From the NCBI GenBank assembly GCA_044892525.1, contig CM097885.1, positions 209,498,001-209,562,000 of the forward strand: a stretch of DNA of 64,000 nt, given 5' to 3'. Position numbers and translations under genes: made by a program. Under the pieces are notes generated by a model. It was not told the DNA's origin and searched no databases. It saw only the letters and a program-made list of their open reading frames with translations. Of this stretch, positions 40,407-52,400 are shown one piece after another (the first letter of the stretch is position 1; every line of letters begins with the position of its first letter). The stretch is from Schmidtea polychroa (taxonomy: Eukaryota).

Positions 40407-43400
40407 ATGATTTACAACTTGTTAATAAAAAACAAGCTTTTTAATATTTTTGATTATTTTGTAAGACACAATCATACTTTCAAAATGGAATTAGTAGACA
40501 TAATTACACACTCCGTAAACTATTCTGAAAAATTGTTCATGCATTTGAAAACCATTTTCTCTCCAAACAAATTTTTATTATATGATGTAAATAAAAATGG
40601 ATTATTGGAAAGAAGTTGGGACATGTCTTCATACGCATTAATTCTTAATTCTCCTGATATTAATGTATATGGTAAAGAATTAATGAAAATTGTAAATTTA
40701 ACTTATGAAGCAATTTGATTATCTCATTAATTTGATATTAGGTATATAAAGCCATTCACGATGGGAAGAAAGTTATATTAATTTCTAAAAATTTCGAATT
40801 CGGAACTTTTAATGAAAATAGTAATCTTACATATTATATGGTAGAAAATAATGTTTATGGAATTAAAAAAGATAGTAAGACACTTTTGATACATTTCGAA
40901 GTATGCATAGTTACCTAAAATATTTATAAATTTCTATTATGGAAAATGCAGAATTTAGACGCATTTGATAAAAATCATGGATTAATATCTAAATTATGGG
41001 ATCTAACGAAATGTACAATTAATCAAATTAAATCTCATAGTGATTTATATGTTTTTTCTGAAAATCACGTAAGTTTAAATAATATCTTGTAAAGCATTTT
41101 GATATAAATTTCAAACGTCTTTAGGAAAGTATTTCTTCGTATTTACAGTCTATTAAATTAAGTGATCATTCATTGAAAAAGTTTCAGTATAACTCATTGG
41201 AATTTAATGTGAATCTATCGAATAATCAGATTTTCGATTCGAAATCGTTTAAATTATTAACAAATATCAATGACAAAAATTCCGATTTCAAAGAAATTAT
41301 ATCATTTAGGCCAGATGATTATTTTAAATCGCTCTACACAAAATACTTGGGGAAAATTGTATTATTTGGCGAGGTTTTGTCATCGAGTTTTCATTTAATG
41401 GAAAGGTATTTGCTATTGGTTAATTTATTAAATTAATGATTGGTCGCAGGATTGTTCAGCTTGGCAATTTCCAGCCGATCGTTATTATATCTTATATTCA
41501 ATCGGCTGGTAAAGGTGAGTAATTTATAGAACTATAACTATTCCATAAGGATATTCTAATATCATGTATTACGTGTTTATATTTTGAGAGTCACCAAAAG
41601 ACCCTGCAAAGCCAAAAGTTAAAATTACAACCATGTTGAACAATCTGTTAAATCAAACTGATAAATATTAGAATATTAAATACATTAATTTTACTATTAT
41701 AATCTTTATAAATTCACACTAAATATTATTAATCTTTATTGGTTAATACGCGATTTTGCCACTAGTCCAACTAAAATGACCTAAAATACGGTGAGAATTA
41801 TAGTTTTGAAATACAAGTCAATTATGCCATTTTTAAGAGGAAGAAGCGTGAAATAAGTTTTGCTTTTTGCACCAGTATTTTACCTATGAAAAGTTGTAAG
41901 GGATTTTTCATTAAATTGGACAGTTTAGTAACTAAAAGCATGGACTTGTTTTTTTAATTGTATCATTGTTTCGGTATTATGAAAACACAAAGTTTTTGAT
42001 ACTTTGATTGAGATTATTGAGCTAAGAATTGAAATTGATGAAAAGAGCAGACTTATTTTTCAATCCAATGTCGTTACTTTTTTCGACTTAGCTGAATCTC
42101 ACCTCATAGAAACTTTTTGCATCTCTAAACACACACTAAGCATAAGGCGTTTTTGATGAGATGTTACTGAACGACGAATTTTTGGTGGCTTTAACTGTGG
42201 GAATATCCATTCACGAGAAATAATGAAAATATTACGTAATTGCTGATTAAAACAAAATACTTAAACGACCTTACTCTTAAAATTTGACCCTAGATAGACC
42301 TTTTTGGCTTTAAAACGACCATTTGTGACCCTAGAACGACATATATGACCTTGAAATGCCTTGAAATTTGATTTAAAAATTTATCCTGCCTTTAATGACC
42401 TTGTTATATTTACACAATACGACCTTGGCAGAGGTATCCAGGCTATAAAGTTTACAATATCCTACGAATCCACCGCATGATTTTCTGCTTTCAATGCCTC
42501 CAGCGTGTTCTGCAGACTTTTTGCTAATATTAGGATTAGTTGACCTTTTTAGTATTCTTTCATTAAGACGAAGGTTTTGGCTTACCGTCATCAAATAACA
42601 GTTACCATTTTAGCTTTCATATTATCTGTATCAAGACTAACATTTACGCCTAATGAATATGGTATTGTTCTATTTCAAACTGTCCAATAAACGATCTAGA
42701 TTAGCAGTGGCCAACCCGCAGGCCGAGACGTTTGGAAATACAGCCCGCTAAATGATTTGAATTTTACAAAAAAATGTAATTAATGAAATATAAAATACTA
42801 AAACTGCGCATAAAGTTTATATGCAATTTTACAATATTTTTTTCTTATACTTAACTTTTTGCATTTTGCATATATATTATAGGGGTCATTGCATAATTAC
42901 GTCACGCCAAAAATGACCATTTTTAGCCCACCCTGTCAGGCTTGGTCACATTTCCCTAGACCCCCCCCCACCCCCCAATCGTGACGTCATTTTATTGTTC
43001 ACGAAATGTTACACTAATGCAATGCCAATTACAAATTTACAGACAGTTGTAACAGTTTAAAAACAATTTAATGCTTCAAACAAAATGTAAAATGAAATTT
43101 ATATAAGGATTTCAAAATTGTTTCAAGCACTCTAATTAAGATGCTTAAATTAAGCAAGAATCCGTTTTAAAATGTTTAAAAATCATAACAGTGGACCAAG
43201 TAAAATTAATTTAATCAACTGGTTCTTCGAGGTCAGGAATCCATGGTGAATTACCACGTTGTTCCGAAGGTAAAACTAAAAAAGATCCATACAGTTCAAA
43301 CAGCGGTTTCCGGTTTACACAAGCGGGGAACAGACGTGTTTATCTGAACTGTCACTGGTGTCTGCGACTTCTGCTACTTCTTCTTCAACTACTTCAGTAA

Positions 43401-46400
43401 AAATTAATGTGACATTCGTTTTTTGTCTACGACAAATGCGATAATGATTTCTTTTGGCAACAACAGTTGGAAAATTCATGCCACAGACTTGACATTGTCT
43501 CTTTTCCAAATCCACAATGGAGATTGATGGACAATATACAGATCAAATGGGTATGGCTGTCTCAGTTTGGTTTGATTCGTAACATCCGGGTGAATATCTT
43601 GAAGAAGAAGAAGAACTGACAGATGGCAAAAATGACGACCTGCTGGTATCGGATCCTTCGGAGGCAATGCATTAATCCCAAATTCAGTGTGCTCAAAAAC
43701 ACGAGAATATGGTAAAAACCTGTTTGGTAAGATTTTTCGAAATTGAGGATAGCGAAATGGTTTGCAGCAAGATACATTTGTACACTTGACCGCTTGAAAC
43801 ATGTACTTTGAACTCATTATGTGCTCCGACCGCCACAGTAGGTTTGCAACTTCTTCTCTGGAAACTCGCAGTGTTTCATTGCCTTCTGGTATTGGAATAG
43901 CCTCCGCATACACTGCATTTTTGTCGATGACTGTTTTACTCCATATAGATGCTAAGACATTCATGGAGTTAAAGAAATTTCTTTTTTACAATTCTTTGTC
44001 GATTATCTTTCCACTTGCACCAATATGTGAACCAAAATGTTCGTGATCAAGAACCAACCCACAAATGTCATGGGATAGAGGAGCCATTCTACGTTCACAG
44101 GGATTATATGCACTGTAGCCTCTTGAAGTAATAAAAACTATGTACATGTCAAGATCATATTCCAGAAAAAAACATTAATCGCCTCTTCAATAACTTTCGG
44201 ATACCGTGCATTCTCGTCTGGTCCTCCATCTGACCGTGACACCCAAAATGGTTTAACATTTCCGGATCTCAAACCGTTCATCATCAATTATGTGGCGTAT
44301 GTCCGTGCTATGACTGTAGGCATTTGATGTATCATGCTTTTCTGAACGGATTGCTATATAAGTTGGCCCAGTGTTCGATATCCCGGTTGCCTTGTCGCCA
44401 ATAATGTCATCGTTGATAGTTAGGAAGGCGTACACTGAAGGTATCAATTTATGTTTCTCGGCTACCACCATCGTGATCTGGCAATTTTACTCGGTACTCT
44501 GTACTCATCATAACTGGCTGCTCTTTACTTGCTGCTGCAATTCCAAGAGCTATTCTAGCTTTATCGTCTGGCGAAAATAGCATCGTGTTTTGTGGACCAT
44601 TAAGTGTGCATAGTTCCATAACGAGCCTGATAGCATCCAAACCAAACTGGACATCTTCATTTTTCTTCCGAGCACTGAATTGGGCTTTGAAAAGTTTCAC
44701 CGGAACCGTTTGTACATGTCTTTTGCCTTCATTTGTATTCCAGCGACGTGATATCAGACGTCTGTATACAGCAGTTCTTTCAATACTGTAACCTTTTTCA
44801 TTGAGCATTAGTGTCAGATCATCTAAAGTTTTCGGACATTGCAATAATTGAGATCGACATCCAGGATCAGCGACAGCTTCATTGGAACAAACGAGTTCCC
44901 AAATCACATTGAGAAGATCTGGATATTTCTGCTCCTTTCTGGGACGCCCAGGTTTTTCAAGTAATGTTTCACCTGCAGCTGCGGATAATTTTTGGTATTT
45001 TTCTTTTTTTTTCAAGCGAGATTTCTGTGCTCGAGAACGGTTAAGTCGAAGAGTTTGAATAGCTTGTTGGATTTTCTTTTTGCTAGTCTCCAAGTTCTTC
45101 AATTCCTTTCCTACAGCTTCTGAATCACCTAAACCTTTCTGTTGCTTTAATACAAGGAATGATATGTTGGGATTTACTTCATCCAAACGTTTTTGTTCTC
45201 GTATTTCTGCTGGTGTATGACGTTTTATATCTTCCAACACATTCTGCTTTTCAACCTCGTTTCTACTCGATTCACTAGTGATGATTTTCGATTCGTCGAC
45301 AACTGAAGTATGACTGATTGTTTTGTCCATAACTGTCGCAATAACAGTTCACCAACAGATGATTCAACAGACACAGATAGAACCTCCTGCAATAATGTTT
45401 TCTTTGCTGGAATGTTTGTCCAATAACTCAGATTCTTTGCTTTTCGTTTTGCTACAACCATTCTTAAATCGTTCAGTTTCGTTTGGTTCTGATTTAATTC
45501 ATTCCATAAAGCCTGCGCTTCTGTCAGCTGATCGTGCTTTGATATGTCCGGATGTGCAAGAGCATACGTATTCACTAGATCTTGGTATAGATCTGGCATT
45601 TTGTTAACTTTACTTTTCTTGAACATGTCTATAGTCATCCGATATTAAAAAGTTTTCTTTAACATTCTAATTTAATGATTTATTTATATTAAAATATAAA
45701 CTAATAAATACAACTAGCGTGACGTCACGTTCAGCTCAACTCACCCACCCACCCACGTCACGTTTCGTCACTTTTGAAGGAACCCACCCACCCACCTTCA
45801 AGTGTGACGTAATTATGCAATGACCCCATATACAATGTATTTTTCATTTTCATAATGAAACTAAACTTTTAAATGTGGTTGACTTTTATATGCGGCCCGC
45901 CTGCTTTCTAGAAATTAACCATGTGGCACAGATGCTGCAAAAGGTTAAACCCTCACGATCTAGATAAAATAGTTTCAAGTTTAAAATTTTTCTTTTCTAA
46001 ATACAGAGTAACACAAATAAAATTTAATACAAAAAATCTTTCATTACTAAGCTTTGCCTGTTTTATTCTGCAAAGCATATATTTATATCCGGGAAAATCG
46101 TTGTATACTCGAGTTTTAACTGTTATTCTATTCAATCTAGATTTTTCCTAGATACTCGTTGATACAAAGAACATTAAGTATTTCACAGCTCTCGCATTAA
46201 TCTCTGGAAATTTATTTATAATTTGAAGTCAAAAATGATGGCAATTTTTTTTACTTGCAATTGAGAAGTATCGCATAATTCTTCAAAAGGATTTTGAATT
46301 CATATATTTCGGATAGGTTTAGGATATTGTTGTAGCCTGTCCCAGAAATATGGAATATTTTGACAACTTCGCAGAATCCAGTTTAAGGAAGTGTATACTA

Positions 46401-49400
46401 AAAGCCCGCATTATTTTATAAAAATATTAAAACAATTTCCCACATTTAAAGATTCTTAAATTGGAATTTTTCAGATGTTTTGAAAAAAAATCCAATAAAT
46501 TGTTTTTGAATTTTTACTCAAACAAAAGTTTGATTGCACGCGAGTGGATTTGATGATATTTTACATCGATTTTAGGCCGGGGTTCTAATACATGGATTAG
46601 CCCCTTAGGTTGTGCCATGTATACATGTTTAATTCCGATACGTATTCGTTCCAATCTCGGAAATTCAATGAGTCTCATTCAGCACATAATGGCTGTGAGT
46701 ATTATCGAGGCTATAAATTTTCTCTGTTGGTTTGAAGTGAGTAAAAATTCAACTTTTATACCTTTAATTTCAGATAAGTAATTAAAATACCGAACCATTA
46801 AACTTCAATTTTTTTCCATTGAATAATTTTACACCACATAAATAATAATATAAAAACTAAAAGAATTAAATGCGAGAATAATAATCACCACTGTCTGTTT
46901 AGTAGCCACCTTCTCCTGGCGATAATATATAATACGAAATATTTTAAATTTCGCGAATTTTTTTTTAAGTGCAATATTGATTTTGAGTTCAAAGTGCAAT
47001 TTTGACTATAGTCAGATGCTCTTTTTATTTTTGACTTTAGTCAGGGAACTTTTAGAGAGGGTGCTCTCTTTTCACACTCTAAAAAAGAGATAATATTAAT
47101 TTTTGGGTGTAAAGAAATGTAAAAAATGCAAAAAGTGCAATTTTTGTGTGTTTTGATGGTTTGAAATTTTTCAAAAATTGATTTTGTAAAAATATATAGA
47201 TTTTGGAAGAGAACATTCTTTTGACGACAACTTTTACGAAACTCTGAGGAATCTGTAGACAAGGATTTAAAGTTTTTGGACGAGAAAAATTTTTTCAAAA
47301 TATATAGAAATTAAAGACTTTCAAATTTTTTGACCAAATAATTTTTAAATTTTCAGTATAAGATTGTCAAATTTATGAAAAACAAAATTTTTTGAGTCAT
47401 CTTTTAGTCGTGCTATATTGCCAAGGTTTCAGAGAAATTTTAATTTTTTATGTATAGTATGTTCTATAAGGCTAAAAATATTAAAACTTCAAGATACCAT
47501 TAAAAATCAAAATTTCATTATAGTGAATATATTTTTTAATTGACTGTATAAGTTGGCGAATCCACAGAAAACTCATCGTGACTCGTAGGTTGGGAACCGG
47601 TGCTTTACACTTTTAATTTGAATGAATGTTGTATTCGATCAGTGGTTCACAATCCACGGACCGCGGCTCAAAGGTGGGCTTTGACAAAGGATCTGGTGGG
47701 CCGCGATGAAGTCTAGAAAAAGTACAAAAAGTAGAAGAAAATAAAAACTAAATCGGCGTTTACCTCAAATTGAAAGCAGCGGACTATACGGATGCACGTT
47801 GCAGAATTGTAGATTTCTAGTTTATCTATTCTACTCTATCTATTCTAGTAGCACAGTTTTAACAGTGAGTCAGTGTACCGGCTCGGTGAGTGTTACCCGC
47901 GACGACGTCAGCAAACGCATATTGCATTTTAAGCACTGTTTATTTATGTTTATTTGTATATAAACTATAAAAGGATAATAGTTTACATTTCACCGGCAGT
48001 TTGCGCACCTTTTCGGAGATATTTTTATTGTTTTGAGTAAAGTTAGAGTCGTTAGAATTATAGAAAAAATTAAAACGGTAAAACGAAAGAGGTGATGATC
48101 AAGATAACATTTCAATTGATATCTGTAAGAAAACCAAATATACTCGAAAATATTATGTGGAAATTATAAAATACAGTTTCGTACCATCAGAAAATGACGA
48201 AATAGGTGTTAAAGTATCGTACTTGATTGCCCTGAGAATTGCAAAATTAAAGGAGCCTCACACTATTGGAGAAGATCTTATCATGTTAACTGCTATAAAG
48301 ATTTGCGACATATTTTTTGGCTCGAAATACGCTATAAAATTGAAAAGCATTCCAATCTCGAATGACACTGTCAGCAGGAGAATATCTGAAATGTCAGATG
48401 ATATTCTAACGCAATTAACTGAGCGATTACAGTCTACTAAATTTACAATTCAATTAGATGAGACAGGTGATATCGCTGGCGAATCACAGCCACTTGCTCA
48501 TGTTCGATATTGTTGGCAAAATGTTGTGGAAAAATAATTTCTGTTTTACAAGTCATTGCCAGCTAGAACAACGGCGGATGAAATATTTTGAGTTATAAAC
48601 GAAATTTTTACAACTTATGGACTGCTGCAGTGGATGAACTGCGTCGGGGTTTGCATCGACGGCGCTGCAACAATGACAGGTCACAAAAGTGGTGTTGTAA
48701 CCCGCATAAAACAAGTGTCACCTGATGTCGTATACACTCATTGCATGATAGATCGTGAAGCATTGGCTTCGAAAAATTTGAATGAAACTCTGGGGTCTGC
48801 ACTCGATGACTATGTACGTATTGTAAACTTCATTTAAACTAGAACAGTGAATAGTCGACTATTTGCTCAACTTTGTATTGAGGCATATTCAGAACACAAA
48901 CATCTCCTATTGCACTGAGCTATTCGTTGGCTCTCCAGAGGGAAAATTCTTGTGTTGGGCTAGAACTGAATTCTAGACCCAAAATACACATTGTGGCTGA
49001 AATGTGTAGGTACACAGCAAGTAAAAAAGCACCAAGTATAATTAAATATTAAAACCTACACCAAATAAACAATGGTAATTAAACAGAGAAAACAACAAGA
49101 ATAATAAACACACAAATTAAATAAAATTATACAAAAGCAAGAAGTTATGCAAAATCTAACTCAAAAATAACCAAATAGACATAGAATTACCAAAAGCAAA
49201 CTCGAATAACTTAAAAGATGGTAAAAACAGTAAAAAATTCCAGAAAAACCCAGAACATTCCATTAAAATGGCGATGACCATCACAAAAGCCATAAAAGTT
49301 AGAGAAAATAAATAAATTAGTATTAAAAATAATAAATCTTAAAAAGAAATTCATAAAACACCAGTTGGAATAAAAATTAAATTAAAAGTAAAATAGAATG

Positions 49401-52400
49401 TTCTGGAACCGTTCCAAATCCATCATGGACGTCAAATTAACGAAAAATAATTAAAAAATAAAATTTTAAAAATAAAAACAAAAATTATGGCATAAAAATT
49501 GCCATTAAAAATATCGAAATTACAAAATAGAAAATTCTGGAATAAAAAGAATTCGAGTTTGTTTTAATGCATCAATACATACACGTGTACAAAATAGGTA
49601 TATATACTGACACGTTTCAGTCACAAATCATCACTTTTTGCCAATAAATTTTTGTTCAAAGAAAATTTTTGTCCAGGAAACTAGCAGTAAGTAGTTTTCC
49701 TTTTTGGTATTTATTATTTTTCATTAATATTAGTATTTTTATGTTTTAAATGTAAAATTATTTTAATGAATTTAATTAATCTTAACTTTTCATCTAACTT
49801 AGTTTTACCTTTTTGACTAATCAGCGACGTCTTAGTGCGTCGCTGTTTAGTCCTGCATTTAACATTAATTTTAAATGACAATTCACAGGCAGACAAGCAA
49901 TATATTTTATATAAAATTTTTTTTGTTTTGTCATCGGAGGTCGGCCACTTCATGGTTCTACTATGGAGTTGTGTCGATAAAACCCCTCCGCTATGGCTCC
50001 ATATATTTATTTATCGGTCGACAGTGATGTTTCGACCCAACATTACAATAGGGCTTGTCGTAGCGGTCACAGTGGGGCCGTGTAAGCAAGCATTCTTCCC
50101 GAGTTCCAATGCAGCACATATTTAAAATCAACATTAAAAATCTCATACATTACTTCACACTAAGGTCATAATTGAGTAGATCTCAGACCCAAATTAAACA
50201 CAGCAATTACAATTCAGTTAATGTAGTCGGTTAAGACCTCTCCACTTATGCGTCTGTCGAACATCGTTAGTAAATAAAATTTTTTTTAAAAAAAAAAATG
50301 TGAGGATTTTTCTCGGATCTGATTATGATGATAGCATCTCGAAGTTCGACAAGCGTAAAGGATGGAATAGATTCAATTAAGTATAAAACCCCCAACGAGT
50401 AGTATATATCCTTATCTCAGGATTAAAAGGTAGTATTGCCAATACCCAAATCAATCAGGAGTTAGGGTTATATTATAACTTCTTTTATTTTTCATTTATA
50501 AATCAATATCAATGAAGCATTATTATTTTAGAAAATGTAATATCACCAATTATAAACTATTATCGATAAAACCTTTTCAATTTGTAAATAAAACTTTTTA
50601 TGTGGATGTCTATTCAACTATAAACTTATGTCTATTCAACTGTAAAGCTATATTAACAACTATAACATAGATATGCGTGATCCTAACTTACTATTCAATT
50701 CATCCCTCAATTAGGAATTACAATCGAGAAACTCGTATAAAATTGTAAATGATCTTATCGATAAAGGATAAATCTTACTTGAGTTTATATACTAGGTCTA
50801 AACTAAGAGTCTCCCGCAATCGTTTAACTATGAGTGTATACTTGTTAGCTTATATATAAAACATGGATTAAAGGTATAATCTGATCGTTAAACTACTAAA
50901 TATATATTGGTTAAATTATAAAAGGTGATTATAATTATGTATATAATATAAGTCAAAAATATGCTCTAATCATTAAACCATAAGATAAAGATTAGTTAAA
51001 TTATAAATTATGACTATAAACTGTATATAAAATCTAAATCAAAAATATACTAAACTATAAAGTACCTATTAGATAAAAATATAACTACAAATTATTTATA
51101 AAAAATGATATATATAAATTATAAAATAGAATTATAACTTGTATAGAAAGTATAAATTAAAAGTATATTCTGATCATGAATTCTAAATTATATCATAAAA
51201 GATAGTATATATATAGTTATGTATTAATTATATGAGTAGCTAAAATAGAATTATAACTGGTATAGCAAGTATAAATTAAAGGTATATTCTGATCATGAAT
51301 TCTAAATTATATCATAAAATATAGTATATATATAGTTATGTATTAATTATATGAGTAGGTTATTCCTAAAAACCCAAACTACAACTAATTATAGATAAAA
51401 TTTTGATTACCAGAAGATAAACTGTAATTAATTATATATAAACATTGAGCGTAAAATATAAAGTACAATTCATTATATATGAAACTTATCGGTGTATTAT
51501 TCCTAAATAGGTAAATTATGAATAAATTTTGGTTACAAAATATAAATTATAACTAATTATATATTTTGATTATGAAGTACAAAGTGTAAATAATTATGTG
51601 GATTATATAAATATATGGCTCTTAAAAATTTAAATTATAAACGGTGTAAATTATAAATCATGATAGTATATATATATATATATATATGTGTATATAAATT
51701 ATCTAGGTATTCCAAAAGATAGTTATAGATGAATATTAGTTACAGCAGTAAATGATTACACTCAATTTCCGAGCTTTAAAAAGCTCAATTATAGATAGTC
51801 GTATTGCGAACCATTATATACATATTACGAATGGTAAAGATCCCTGCAAAATGGTAATATAGCAATCCGAGATATAAATCTGGAAAATGACAAGTACCTA
51901 TAAGATGCGGTCAAAATTTGTTCTACCTCTGAATCAGGTATTATAATATGACATTCTAAATCACGGGTGTTAAGGTTTCAACACCCGACAATGTCTTAGC
52001 TATTTATACCTCTATTGACTATCAAAATGATTATGGGAGTAAAAATCAGTTGTTAAATTATTTCGCACACAAAGTAGAGATTGACCTACAATGTTCCAGT
52101 GGTGGCCTGTTTAAAAGTGACCTGAGACTCGGATCTTCCAAAAATCTTAGCATGATCGCTCCAGGAATAGGGTTTCTAGAAACCGGTGTCGTTCAAGCAT
52201 AACCTATAAAATCACATCAAATAGGTAATGACAAAGGATACCCTAAGCTCTTATAGAATCAATGGTGACGATACAACGTATGAGTGGAATATGGTCTATA
52301 AATTAATAGACAACTTACTAAATTCCCATAAAACAAAATTCCAAAAACGCCGACGAGAATTGAGGGCAGGTTAACGTTGAAAATCAAAGAAACTTTCCAT

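Noticed and set aside
48953-50042. A conventional 1.1-kb LTR ending at CCCAACA (50042)
   Set aside because: No TSD or primer-binding site follows 50042. The true end is 54540, where the CTTG TSD and the hAT frame resume.
2668-51690. (TA)n, (TG)n and (CA)n runs at about 2668, 8872, 28187, 34266 and 51667
   Set aside because: Ordinary short microsatellites.
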